From contig JBMFMB010000009.1 of NCBI GenBank assembly GCA_049970895.1, forward strand, positions 1,010 to 59,943: a stretch of DNA of 58,934 nucleotides, given 5' to 3'. The notes beneath the pieces are model-generated. The model saw only the letters and a program-made list of their open reading frames with translations. It was not told the DNA's origin and ran no database searches. Positions within the stretch are counted from its first letter, which is position 1, and each line of letters begins with the position of its first letter. The stretch is from Candidatus Bathyarchaeia archaeon (GTDB lineage Archaea > Thermoproteota > Bathyarchaeia > Bathyarchaeales > Bathycorpusculaceae). The position numbers were made by a program, and so were the translations under genes. Below, one piece after another: positions 46,256 to 56,154 of the stretch.

Positions 46256-47605
46256 CTACTTCTCCTTCTCAACCTCTTTCACGACGTCCTCGATTATTTC
46301 CAGTCCAGCGTCCACGAGTTCCCTTGTGATGTTGAGGGGCGGCATAATTCGCAGGGTTGAGATTCCACAAGTGATGACGGCTACCCCACGTTTCCATGAC
46401 CGCATCATAACCTCACTCGCCTTTTGGGGCGCCGGTTTCTTGCTGTCTTTGTCCTCCACAAACTCAACACCGATCATTAAGCCCTTGCCTCTAACGTCCC
46501 CAACTATCTCGCTTTTCTCCTTCAGTTCCTCAAGCCTTTTTAGGATGCGAGTTCCCTGCTTGATGGCGTTTTCCAACAGCCGCTCCTCTTTGATAACGTC
46601 TATAACGGCTATTGCTGCAACACATGAAAGGGGGTTTCCACCAAAAGTGCTTGCGTGGGAACCTCCAACCCAGTCCATTATTTTCGCCTTTGCAATGGTG
46701 GCGCCTAAGGGCAGTCCGGAGGCTAAAGCTTTGGCACTGCATATTATGTCTGGCTCAACATTCCAGTGTTCAATGGCAAACCATTTTCCAGTTCTCCCAA
46801 TCCCAGACTGAACCTCGTCGTCTATCAGCAATATGCCATATTTGTCGGCAAGCTTCTTTAGACGTTGGAAATATTCAGGCGGTGGAACAACATATCCGCC
46901 CTCGCCTTGTATTGGCTCGAAAACAATTGCTGCGACATCTTCTGGTGGTGCATACTTTTGCAGAACAAACTCGTCTATGAAGTCAACACACCAGTAGTGG
47001 CATTCGGGGTAAGTCTGCTTAAAAGGGCAACGGTAACAGTATGGGTATGGAACATGGTTTACACCGGGCATTAATGGGAAGAAGTAACGCCTCTGCGTTG
47101 GTTTACTCGCTGTAAAAGACAGGGAGCCTATTGTCCGCCCATGAAAGGCGTTAATAAAAGCTATGAAGAGCTGTTTCCGCGTGTGCCACTTAGCCAGCTT
47201 AATCGCCGCTTCCATAGCCTCTGTCCCACTGTTGCCAAAGTAAACCTTCTTCTCAAAGTTTCCAGGCGTAATTTCTGTTAGCTTCTCGGCAAGCGCGATA
47301 ACCTCGTTGTAATAGAAGTCCGTGTTTGAGTAGTGAAGGAAGCGGTCACACTGCTTTTTAATGGCTTCAATCACTTTTGGATGGTTATGCCCAACGTTTA
47401 AGCATGCCAGCCCAGAGTTAAAATCGATATACTCGTTTCCGTCAACGTCACGGACTATGCAACCCTTGCCAGACTCCACAACGAGAGGGTAGAAGCGCAC
47501 GTAGGAAGGTGAAATAAACCTTTCATCTTTTTTTACAAGCTCCCTAGCTTTGGGTCCCGGTGGAGTTACAACAATTTTTGGATAATCAGCCATATGCCTC
47601 ACCAA
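46256..47605 (-). CDS. Class-III PLP aminotransferase (ornithine/GABA type)
   Basis: SGTEA, FHGRT, EPIQGEGG, DEVQSGIGRTG, AKAL, STFGGNP. Confidence 0.93.
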   Translation of the reverse strand: MVRHMADYPKIVVTPPGPKARELVKKDERFISPSYVRFYPLVVESGKGCIVRDVDGNEYIDFNSGLACLNVGHNHPKVIEAIKKQCDRFLHYSNTDFYYNEVIALAEKLTEITPGNFEKKVYFGNSGTEAMEAAIKLAKWHTRKQLFIAFINAFHGRTIGSLSFTASKPTQRRYFFPLMPGVNHVPYPYCYRCPFKQTYPECHYWCVDFIDEFVLQKYAPPEDVAAIVFEPIQGEGGYVVPPPEYFQRLKKLADKYGILLIDDEVQSGIGRTGKWFAIEHWNVEPDIICSAKALASGLPLGATIAKAKIMDWVGGSHASTFGGNPLSCVAAIAVIDVIKEERLLENAIKQGTRILKRLEELKEKSEIVGDVRGKGLMIGVEFVEDKDSKKPAPQKASEVMMRSWKRGVAVITCGISTLRIMPPLNITRELVDAGLEIIEDVVKEVEKEK

Positions 47606-47747
47606 ACGGGATTAACCATTTAGCTAAAAAATGTTATATATAACTATCTGTAAAATCCGCCAGAAAAGCACCATTTACAGTATAAAATAGTCAGCTAGCA
47701 ATGGCGTACGATTTATGTGCTAAGTTCGCAGTGTTTTTACAAGCCTT

Positions 47748-48080
47748 TTATGGCTTTGCTACCGTTATTTCGATGGTTGAAACGTTGGTTTTTTGTCCCT
47801 CGCCGCGAGTGACTTCCTCTGTGCCTATCTTGATTTCCTTCAACTGCAAGTCTTTCATGAAAGCCCTTCTTAATAACTCAACAGTGTCGACGGCTCTGCT
47901 GATCGCCCGCCCCCTTGCCTTCACAACAATTTGCTGAGCGCCAGAATTGAAGAAGGTTAGGCATGCGACCACATAGTTCATTATTGGTTTCTTACCGATT
48001 AGCACAGTGTTCTCATTTACTTGTGCTGGTTTGGCGGCTTTTTCCTCTTTTGCAGCTTTCTTAGGCTTTTCCTCTGACAT
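47748..48080 (-). CDS. albA: Chromatin protein Alba
   Basis: IGKKPIMNYV, KARGRAISRAVD, NVSTIEI. Confidence 0.96.
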   Translation of the reverse strand: MSEEKPKKAAKEEKAAKPAQVNENTVLIGKKPIMNYVVACLTFFNSGAQQIVVKARGRAISRAVDTVELLRRAFMKDLQLKEIKIGTEEVTRGEGQKTNVSTIEITVAKP

Positions 48081-48177
48081 TTTCAACCTCCTTTTTGGCA
48101 TCTAAACTCTGTGGCGGCAATTGTGTAATGGTATCATTATTATGTTGAAGTTCTTATATTTTTCCGTGCGGGGGGAA

Positions 48178-49089
48178 TCAGACAAGCTCATTTGAGGCTA
48201 ATTTTCGGTAGTATTCCCAGTCTTCGTCAACCCATTGTTGAATCTTTTCAATTTCAGCCTCTGTTAGGTGGCGGAATCTCTCTTGCATAGCCAAGTACTC
48301 CTTCACTGGTTTGCGTTTAGACTTGTCAACTAGTCGGTCGCTTGGGGGGTTAAGCCTAAACCTTCCATATTCAATCTCGTAAAGAGCCCATATACCAGTT
48401 TGAACAGCCAGCCGCCCAATCTCCACTGTTTTGCTGGTGTCGTAGCGCCAGCCCGTTGGGCATGGAGCCAAAACATGAATGTACTTAGTTCCCTTAATCT
48501 CTTTGGCTTTCCTCAACTTGTTTACAAAGTCCACCGGATATGAGGGGCATGCAGTGGCAACATAGGGTATTTTATGCGCCGCCATTATTAGGGGCATGTT
48601 TTTCTTCCGCTCCTTCTTACCTGTAGGTGTTGTGGTTGTCCATGCACCATAGGGCGTAGCACCACTGCGTTGAAGTCCCGTATTCCCATAAGCCTCATTG
48701 TCGTAGCATATGTAAATGAAGTTGGTTTCCCGTTCAGCGGCGCCAGATAGGGCTTGTATGCCTATGTCCACCGTGCCTCCATCGCCAGCCCACCCCACCA
48801 CTGTTATGTCCTCTAAACCTCGAATTTTTAGTGCTGCCACTATGCCAGAACACGTTGCGCCAGTTGCCTCAAAAAGCATGTTCTGGAGGGGAACAGCAAA
48901 AGAAGTGTATGGATATGGTCCCTGAATAACGGTGGTGCAGCATGCCGGCACAACCATAATGACTTTGTTTCCAAGGGCTTTGAAGAGAAGGCGAAGGGCT
49001 ATTGATGGACCGCATCCAGCACAAGCCGCGTGTCCCTTGAGCAGATACTCTTCTTTCGGAAACTCTTTAATTGTAACCATCATTTTCAC
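48178..49089 (-). CDS. porB: 2-oxoacid:ferredoxin oxidoreductase beta subunit
   Basis: ACAGC, GDGG, DNEAYGNTG, PCPTGW. Confidence 0.93.
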   Translation of the reverse strand: MKMMVTIKEFPKEEYLLKGHAACAGCGPSIALRLLFKALGNKVIMVVPACCTTVIQGPYPYTSFAVPLQNMLFEATGATCSGIVAALKIRGLEDITVVGWAGDGGTVDIGIQALSGAAERETNFIYICYDNEAYGNTGLQRSGATPYGAWTTTTPTGKKERKKNMPLIMAAHKIPYVATACPSYPVDFVNKLRKAKEIKGTKYIHVLAPCPTGWRYDTSKTVEIGRLAVQTGIWALYEIEYGRFRLNPPSDRLVDKSKRKPVKEYLAMQERFRHLTEAEIEKIQQWVDEDWEYYRKLASNELV

Positions 49090-50264
49090 TCCCTCAAATC
49101 AACCCACACAGTTTCTTTTTCAACCCTCCCCATTTCCATCCATTTCAACGATTTTTTGGCAATTCCCTCAATAGTTTTGAACGTCACGTCCCGCCCGCCT
49201 AAGCCGGCAATGAAGCCGGCAAGCAGTGGCTTATCTTCCATGTGGTAAAGCGAAGCCTTAATCTCCGATGCGAGGAAGCCCTCCATTCCGAAGGATATGT
49301 GGCGGTCTATTGTGGCGATAATTCCCGTATTTTCAGCAAGTTTTCTAACCTCTTCAACCGGGAATGGACGATAAACCCTAATCCTCGCAGCACCAACCTT
49401 CAAGCCTTCTCTCCTAAGGTTGTCAACGGCTATTTTGGCTTCGCACCCCATAGTTCCCATTGTGCAGATAATCAAGTCTGCATCATCGCATCGGTATTTG
49501 TCGATGAGACCGCCATATTGGAAACCAAAACGCCGACCATATTCCTTGTCGATTTCTGGTATTAGCCGCTTGGCGTTTTCCATAGCCTCCTGTATCATGT
49601 AGCGGAACTCCATGTACCACTCTGGTGAGACAATGTTGGCGTGGGAAAACGGATTGTTTACGTCTAAAATCCATCCAGTCTTATACGGAGGCAGAAAGGC
49701 ATCAATCTCCTCTTGATCATAAATTTTTACAGGCATATACGTGTGGGATAGAATAAAGCCTTCTAGGCAGATCATAGCTGGCAGAAAAACCCGCTCATCC
49801 TCACATAATCTGTAGGCTTGTATAATAGTATCAAAAACCTCTTGGTTGTCAGCACAGTAAAACTGAATCCATCCAGTATCCCGCTGCGAAAGCGAATCAC
49901 TGAAGTCTGGCCATATGTTCCAAGGTGCGCCCATGGCACGATTAACAACAGCCATAACTATTGGTAGGCGGGCGCCCGAAGCCCAGTGCAAAGCCTCATG
50001 CATCAAAGCCAAACCATGGGCTGAGGTTGCGGTAAAGGTTCTGACGCCGGCTGCTGCGGCACCTATGCAAGCGGCCATGGCACTGTGCTCGGATTCCACA
50101 CGGATGTATTCGGCGTCCATCTCGCCGCTTTCAACAAACTCGGCAATTCTCTCCACAATGGTTGTTTGTGGGGTTATGGGGTATGCAGCCACTACCTTAA
50201 CCCTTGCAGCCTTAGCGGCGTAGCCGGCGATATGATTTGCCGTGTCGATTACTATTTGCGCCAT
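49086..50264 (-). CDS. porA: 2-oxoacid:ferredoxin oxidoreductase alpha subunit
   Basis: AYPITPQT, VESEHSA, GLGGRD. Confidence 0.93.
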   Translation of the reverse strand: MAQIVIDTANHIAGYAAKAARVKVVAAYPITPQTTIVERIAEFVESGEMDAEYIRVESEHSAMAACIGAAAAGVRTFTATSAHGLALMHEALHWASGARLPIVMAVVNRAMGAPWNIWPDFSDSLSQRDTGWIQFYCADNQEVFDTIIQAYRLCEDERVFLPAMICLEGFILSHTYMPVKIYDQEEIDAFLPPYKTGWILDVNNPFSHANIVSPEWYMEFRYMIQEAMENAKRLIPEIDKEYGRRFGFQYGGLIDKYRCDDADLIICTMGTMGCEAKIAVDNLRREGLKVGAARIRVYRPFPVEEVRKLAENTGIIATIDRHISFGMEGFLASEIKASLYHMEDKPLLAGFIAGLGGRDVTFKTIEGIAKKSLKWMEMGRVEKETVWVDLRE

Positions 50265-50545
50265 TACTCTTCCTCCCTCTGCATGGTTATCGCCTTAACC
50301 GGACACTCATTTGCACATATGCCGCACCCCTTACAATAGTCGTAGTCAATTTCTGGAGAGTCATCCTCACGTCTTGTTATGACCGCATCTGGACAGTAAA
50401 CCCAGCAGAGCGTGCATTTTGTGCACTTTGAATAGTCTATTACAGGACGGAAGGTTCTCCAAGAACCGGTCTTTCCCATACTACCTAATGTTGGATAAGA
50501 TATAGGAGTGAGGGGCATATCCCTACGCGATTTAGGAACAGTCAT
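50264..50545 (-). CDS. porD: 2-oxoacid:ferredoxin oxidoreductase delta subunit
   Basis: TGSWRTFRP, two 4Fe-4S motifs. Confidence 0.93.
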   Translation of the reverse strand: MTVPKSRRDMPLTPISYPTLGSMGKTGSWRTFRPVIDYSKCTKCTLCWVYCPDAVITRREDDSPEIDYDYCKGCGICANECPVKAITMQREEE

Positions 50546-50549
50546 CCTT

Positions 50550-51107
50550 TCACCACCCTTTAATTAGGCGTTCGTAGGCAAGCTCAGCGGCACGGGCATT
50601 CTTTTCCCCAGCACTACCTCGCCAATTCTCCTTTATGGCTTTCAAGACGCTTTCCAAACGAACCTCGCCTGTGGCACCAGCGAAAGCTCCCAAAATTGAG
50701 GTGTTCACAACCGGTAAGCCTGCCACCCGAAGGTTTAGTTCAAGGGCAATGCCCGTTGCATCAACAGTGGCAACTCTCCAGCCCTTAAACCACAACTCTT
50801 CTGGCTTTTTAGTCGTGTTCACAACGATTATTCCATCTTTTTTGAGGCCTTCAGTGACATCTATTATTTTGTAGAGCTGTGAGTCTAAAACCACCACGTA
50901 ATCTGGGTTGTAAACTTGGCTGTGAAGCAGAATGGGAGTGTCGCTTATTCTGGCGAAGGCTTTAACTGGGGCGCCTCTGCGTTCAGCCCCGAAATGTGGG
51001 AATGCTTGAACATGTTTGCCCTCAATGTGAGCCGCGAGAGCTAACAGTTGTGCAGCGGTTACAGCGCCTTGCCCTCCTCTACCATGAATCCTAATTTCCT
51101 TAAGCAA
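50550..51107 (-). CDS. porG: 2-oxoacid:ferredoxin oxidoreductase gamma subunit
   Basis: [16 protein letters not shown]. Confidence 0.93.
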   Translation of the reverse strand: MLKEIRIHGRGGQGAVTAAQLLALAAHIEGKHVQAFPHFGAERRGAPVKAFARISDTPILLHSQVYNPDYVVVLDSQLYKIIDVTEGLKKDGIIVVNTTKKPEELWFKGWRVATVDATGIALELNLRVAGLPVVNTSILGAFAGATGEVRLESVLKAIKENWRGSAGEKNARAAELAYERLIKGW

Positions 51108-51164
51108 GCTTCCAACCCTTCTCGAGAATTGGAGGTTTGGGAGACTCCTCTTATTAGTGTTTGG

Positions 51165-52997
51165 CTAAAAATAGGGTAAAATCAACATCAAAATCAGCAT
51201 TAAAATGAGGAATGTTGCACCAAACAAGGGAATAACTATTCTCTTTCCAATCTTAAGAGCATCGTCCGTTAACCTGCACAATTTCTCTAATGGTTTCCGT
51301 CCAATAACCCTCACTTGTGGAATAAGGGTACTCCGGTATCCAAACTTGGCCGGCTCCAAGCCAGCTAATGCGTTCTTCGCGGCTTCAACTATGTACCCTA
51401 TCAACTTCTCATGGCTTATTACCTCGCCCACGGGGTGATATCCCCTTTCATTGAACGTTACAGCATTAACAGCGTGCGTATCCGTGGTGAAAACTTCACC
51501 GTCATCAAATCCCATGGACTTAAGCTTGTTCAAAATCTTTTCCCGTAAGCCGGAAACCATGTTGTTCCCATCAACAACCACGTAGGCAGTTTTCTGAGAA
51601 CTCACCTCAATAGCTACCACGGTTATACCGCCCGGACCCATGCCATCCTTAAGGCTAAAATCCTTTGGAACAATATTGGCAGCGCCAATCTTAAATGGAG
51701 CAGAGCGCGAGGAGACCGCTTCTTTTAGGCAAGCAATAGCAACACGCTTCAAAGCATCTAATGCGGTTTGTGCATCCACAACGCCGTCTATACTGTTATG
51801 GGCGTTAATGGCGATGCAAGCCTTTAAACCCAGCTTTTCAGCCTCCCTACGGACGGTTTCACCCAATTCTTGCGGAAAGTCCTCAGTGGTTTTTGGAGCG
51901 AGAGAGAATGAGATTAAGGCTGTTTTCCCAAAAATTTGACAACAAGCAGTAGCCAATCCATCACTAACCTTAATGAAAGGGGTGGCTTTGGCCTCTTTCG
52001 CTTCAAAGTCCGCTGATTCAAGGGTGCCAACAATTATTTTTTGAAGCTGGCTTTGAGAAGTTACATCAAGCTCGTGGCCCAGCAATCCAAGCGGCACACA
52101 TGCGGTGCCTCCAAATTTTTGTTCTAAAGCCCTTTTAAGCATAAAAGGCAGAAGGCTGCTTCCAACATTTTTGAAGGGGCCAGGATGCACCGATGGAACG
52201 ACTATGAATGTTTTAGAATTTGAACCATCAAAGCGTACTATTGAAACTTCAATGTCTTGTTCCTCGCTTAATTTTTCAAGGAAAACTTCAAAGGGAGCAT
52301 TTAGGTCTGCCACCCAATTCAGCAGAAAAGCCCTAAAAATGGGAATCGATTGCTCACCAACAGAGCGCTTCCCGACCCGATTTAAGGCTGAAATAAAGGA
52401 GAAACTTGAAGCAAAAGCAACAGCTAATGCAATAACTGAAAAACTCAAGATGGTCACAACATTAACTTTGTTTAGCCGCCACAGAGGCACAAATGGAACA
52501 AGCCACAAAAAAGGCGGAAGAACGGAGGCTAACAAAAAGCGCGGATAATCCAAAGAGAAAGTTGAGTATAAGGCGATGATACGAAATATCAGAACAGCGG
52601 CAAATCCCAAAAGACAAAGCCCAACTGCCCAAACGGGAAAACCGGTGAAAAAAGCCGCTACAAAGCCCATAATGATAAAGGGGAGCCAAAAAACCCAACA
52701 GAATAAGGATAGGGCAGCAGTTCTCCTTAAGTCGTAAATGGGATCCGCTCTTAATACAAACAGTGCCAAGGAATAGTTCACAAGCAATGTTAAGGAAAAC
52801 GATGCAAAGCCCAATAGTAGCCCATAGACCAGTTCAAGGGGTGAAAGGGCGAAACTGAAAGCTAATAAGAAACCACAGGCCATACAGAACACGAACGAAA
52901 ATAGGATAGTTCTTTTGTATGTTGGAAGCTTGAAAAGTAATGAATAGTGCCTAGCCGCTTTATCCAAGTACTGGTTGAAAGAGGCGTTGTTGGCCAA
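51165..52997 (-). CDS. DUF2070 membrane protein
   Basis: N-terminal TMs; VHPGPF..VGSS, AHN, DGNN, TTDTH. Confidence 0.88.
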   Translation of the reverse strand: MANNASFNQYLDKAARHYSLLFKLPTYKRTILFSFVFCMACGFLLAFSFALSPLELVYGLLLGFASFSLTLLVNYSLALFVLRADPIYDLRRTAALSLFCWVFWLPFIIMGFVAAFFTGFPVWAVGLCLLGFAAVLIFRIIALYSTFSLDYPRFLLASVLPPFLWLVPFVPLWRLNKVNVVTILSFSVIALAVAFASSFSFISALNRVGKRSVGEQSIPIFRAFLLNWVADLNAPFEVFLEKLSEEQDIEVSIVRFDGSNSKTFIVVPSVHPGPFKNVGSSLLPFMLKRALEQKFGGTACVPLGLLGHELDVTSQSQLQKIIVGTLESADFEAKEAKATPFIKVSDGLATACCQIFGKTALISFSLAPKTTEDFPQELGETVRREAEKLGLKACIAINAHNSIDGVVDAQTALDALKRVAIACLKEAVSSRSAPFKIGAANIVPKDFSLKDGMGPGGITVVAIEVSSQKTAYVVVDGNNMVSGLREKILNKLKSMGFDDGEVFTTDTHAVNAVTFNERGYHPVGEVISHEKLIGYIVEAAKNALAGLEPAKFGYRSTLIPQVRVIGRKPLEKLCRLTDDALKIGKRIVIPLFGATFLILMLILMLILPYF

Positions 52998-53169
52998 GGG
53001 AACCCGCTCAAAGAGTTTTGAAGAGGCTTAAGGCATATTAAAGTGTTGCATAAATCCTTCAAAAACTGCAAGGCTTGGAAAAGAGAACGTCCCTCATAGT
53101 TACACCTAATGTTATTTGGAAGAGCAAGTGTTTTATCCTCGAACCGCACTTTAAGTTTCTGCTGGTGCC

Positions 53170-53457
53170 ATGCCGGAGCAAACTCTACCCCCAACAATAT
53201 TTCACATGCTTGAGAAAAACCTAGGAAAAAGCGTCCGCGTTATTCTAGACCCTTCCTACGGTTTTGAAGGAGTTTTGGCGGCAGTAACCCGTGAACCAGC
53301 AGGTATATGGCTTTCAAACGCTGAAGCAATAGTTTTACGTGCAACTATTGCCCAACCTATTCCGCAAGTTGCAAGTAGAGAGGAACGCAGTGAAATATTC
53401 ATTCACCTAAATTCGGTTCAGAGAATAGAGATTCTACATTCAACTTCTCGCCGCTAA
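53170..53457 (+). CDS. Divergent Sm/Lsm-fold protein
   Basis: LGKSVRVIL...FEGVL...IWLSNA (Sm1) and IFIHLNSVQRIE (Sm2). Confidence 0.65.
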   Translation: MPEQTLPPTIFHMLEKNLGKSVRVILDPSYGFEGVLAAVTREPAGIWLSNAEAIVLRATIAQPIPQVASREERSEIFIHLNSVQRIEILHSTSRR

Positions 53458-53627
53458 TGAAAGAATAAGCGCGCTAAAATGCATACAATTATTAGGGTTA
53501 TGGCTGCAGCTATTAGAATCTCCGGTCTCACTTTAACGCCTTCTGTTTCCTCTTCAAAAAACCTCAGCAATCCAGCGCTTGCGGCTGGCATGGGCGCTGA
53601 CTCGCTTTTCTTCTTTTTCTTACTCAT
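53454..53627 (-). CDS. secG: Preprotein translocase subunit Sec61beta
   Basis: Manual translation MSKKKKKSESAPMPAASAGLLRFFEEETEGVKVRPE + TM; 57 aa, below the ORF-track cutoff. Confidence 0.9.
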   Translation of the reverse strand: MSKKKKKSESAPMPAASAGLLRFFEEETEGVKVRPEILIAAAITLIIVCILARLFFH

Positions 53628-53714
53628 CGTGAAGCTTTCTCCACTTACTTTTGCATTTTAACATGCGGGCTTCTCCATTATTAACCTTGCGTCGCTGTTC
53701 AAAACAGTTTTATT

Positions 53715-55064
53715 TTGGTAAGGATGATAATCGAGCGAGGTATGTTAATGCCAACTCCACGGGAAGAATATCAGTTTGTGTTGGACGCTTTGCAGAAGCA
53801 TCACACGTGGTTTCGGGAATGTATACCCCTAATAGCAAGTGAAAACATTCCAAGCCCAGCGGTGCGCGAAGCACTAACAACAGATTTTGGAAACAGATAC
53901 GCCGAAGGCTGGCCTGGAGAAAGGGTTTATGCTGGATGCCGCTTCATAGACCAAGTTGAGTTTAAGTGCATTGAGCTTATGAAGAGGCTTTTTGACGCGG
54001 AGTTTGTGGATGTAAGGCCCATTTCCGGAGTTGTGGCAAACCTTGTTGTTTACACGGCTTTCACCGAGCCGGGCGACGTGATGATGGCCTTGTCCATACC
54101 GTGCGGCGGACATATTACAATGGGCAAGAAGGAGCTTGGAGGTACGGCTGGGACTGTTCATGGTTTGGTGGTTGAGTACTTGCCTTTAGACTATAAGGAG
54201 TTAAACATTGATGTGGATAAGGCGAAGCAGCGGATAGAGAAGCTTGCAGCAGAGGGCAAGCCCCCAAAACTGGTGATGTTTGGGGCTAGCGTCTTCCCGT
54301 TTCCCCATCCGGTTAAGGAACTAGCAGACACGATACATGCTGTAGGCGGAACTGTTGGTTATGATGCCGCCCATGTTGCTGGGCTAATTGCTGGGAAATG
54401 CTTCCAAGACCCGCTTAGGGAGGGCGCAGACGTTGTAAGCCTAAGCACCCACAAAACTTTTTTCGGACCCCAGCACGGTGGAGTCTTGTCATGGGAGAAA
54501 TACGCCGAAAAGATAAAGCGAGCCACTTTCCCCGGAATGGTGAGCAACCACCACTTGCACGCAGTGGCTGGTGTGGCAATAGCGGCTGCAGAGCTTCTTG
54601 AGTTTGGAAGGGAGTACGCACGCCAAGTTATTAGAAACGCGAAGGCTTTAGCCCAAGCCTTGTATGAGAGAGGCTTCAATGTTTTAGCCGAACATAAAGG
54701 GTTCACTGAATCCCACGTAATCCTAATTGACATAACAAAGTATGGCGATGGAGGAACAATAGAGGAGACTTTGGAAAAGGCGAACATAATAATTAACAGG
54801 AATCTTTTGCCATGGGACATTAAGGAGGGACGTCACTTCCAGCATCCAGGTGGCATAAGACTGGGAGTATCGGAAGTTACTAGGCTTGGTATGCGGGAGT
54901 CAGAGATGGTGGAAATAGCAGAATTCATAAAACGCGTAGTGATAGATAAGGAACCACCGGAAAAAGTGGCGGCGGACGTGGCAGAATTCAGAAAAGACTA
55001 CCAGAAGGTGCACTACTGCTTTGAGAACGCAACAGAAGCCTACCAGTACATAAAAATCCGATAG
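53715..55064 (+). CDS. glyA: Serine hydroxymethyltransferase
   Basis: LIASEN, RYAEG, YDAAH, STHKTFFGP. Confidence 0.97.
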   Translation: MVRMIIERGMLMPTPREEYQFVLDALQKHHTWFRECIPLIASENIPSPAVREALTTDFGNRYAEGWPGERVYAGCRFIDQVEFKCIELMKRLFDAEFVDVRPISGVVANLVVYTAFTEPGDVMMALSIPCGGHITMGKKELGGTAGTVHGLVVEYLPLDYKELNIDVDKAKQRIEKLAAEGKPPKLVMFGASVFPFPHPVKELADTIHAVGGTVGYDAAHVAGLIAGKCFQDPLREGADVVSLSTHKTFFGPQHGGVLSWEKYAEKIKRATFPGMVSNHHLHAVAGVAIAAAELLEFGREYARQVIRNAKALAQALYERGFNVLAEHKGFTESHVILIDITKYGDGGTIEETLEKANIIINRNLLPWDIKEGRHFQHPGGIRLGVSEVTRLGMRESEMVEIAEFIKRVVIDKEPPEKVAADVAEFRKDYQKVHYCFENATEAYQYIKIR

Positions 55065-55072
55065 GCTTATCG

Positions 55073-55513
55073 ATGGAAGAACAGCTAACAGTCTGGACTA
55101 TTGGACATAGCAATCGCTCCATAAACACCTTCATGGAACTGCTAAAGGAACATGAAATACAGGTTTTGGCGGATATCCGCCATTTCCCAACATCAAAAAT
55201 TGAACACTTCAAAAGAGAGCAGATGGAGAAGTGGCTGCCAGAAAATGGAATAGAATACGTATGGCTTGGAAAAGAGTTGGGAGGCTACCGGAAAGGCGGA
55301 TACCAGAGGCATATGCGAACAAAACTTTTCAGAGAAGGCATAAAGAGGCTTCTCGAAATCGCCTCTCAAAAGAGAACATGCCTAATGTGCATGGAACAAA
55401 ACCCAAAATATTGCCATAGACAGTTTATAGCCGCCTACTTGGAAAGGAAAGGCGTGAAAGTTATTCACATAACGGCGAAAGGGCAGAAAGCCTTACTTAA
55501 CTTTAAAAGCTAA
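55073..55513 (+). CDS. DUF488 family protein
   Basis: TIGHSNR, DIRHFP, LGG, LMCME...CHR. Confidence 0.9.
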   Translation: MEEQLTVWTIGHSNRSINTFMELLKEHEIQVLADIRHFPTSKIEHFKREQMEKWLPENGIEYVWLGKELGGYRKGGYQRHMRTKLFREGIKRLLEIASQKRTCLMCMEQNPKYCHRQFIAAYLERKGVKVIHITAKGQKALLNFKS

Positions 55514-55537
55514 AAGCAACACAAGCCTAATTGGCTG

Positions 55538-55837
55538 GTGCATGCGAAAATGCATATACACGAGTTTCAGGAGATGATGCGTACCCTATACTTCTACAGA
55601 GACTCACAGCGTGGTGTTGAAAAGACTTTTGAATGGCTTGTAGAAGAAGTGGCAGAGCTTGGCGAAGCCCTAAAAACAGATGATAAAAAGGCCTTGGAAA
55701 ACGAGTTTGCAGACGTCATCGCTTGGTTGGCTTCGCTGGCAAACACAACTGATGTAGACTTGGAAAGGGCTGCCCTCGGCAAATATAATGGAAAATGTCC
55801 AAAATGTAGGCACTCGCCATGCCAATGCACCTTTTAG
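55538..55837 (+). CDS. MazG-like NTP pyrophosphohydrolase
   Basis: EEVAEL, EFADV.AWL.SLAN, KY...CPKC...PC.C. Confidence 0.9.
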   Translation: MHAKMHIHEFQEMMRTLYFYRDSQRGVEKTFEWLVEEVAELGEALKTDDKKALENEFADVIAWLASLANTTDVDLERAALGKYNGKCPKCRHSPCQCTF

Positions 55838-55841
55838 AGGG

Positions 55842-56153
55842 CTAGCCTAAACGCTTTTGCCCAAGCCCAGTTAAAGCCCAAACAGATGGGCGTTTGCTCC
55901 CCCTCTTCACGATTCCTCTGGATTCCATAAGTTTCAGGTGATGCACAACCACGTTGTAGGGCAAGCCGGTCTCTTTTGCAACAGTTTTTGCATCAGCGGA
56001 AGACCTTTCCAGAAAATTTAGTATGAGGGTTCGCGCCTTCAACCCAAGCTTAACGTTTCTAAAGTCAGTCAAGTAAGCGTTGGGATGATACACTACACGG
56101 GGCATAACCACATCAAAAAGCATTTTGCAATGAAGGAGTAGAAAAGGTTTCAC
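55842..56153 (-). CDS. Winged-helix (ArsR-like) protein
   Basis: AKTVAKETGLPYNVVVHHLKLMESRGIV; start probably near 56105. Confidence 0.8.
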   Translation of the reverse strand: MKPFLLLHCKMLFDVVMPRVVYHPNAYLTDFRNVKLGLKARTLILNFLERSSADAKTVAKETGLPYNVVVHHLKLMESRGIVKRGSKRPSVWALTGLGQKRLG

Positions 56154-56154
56154 T

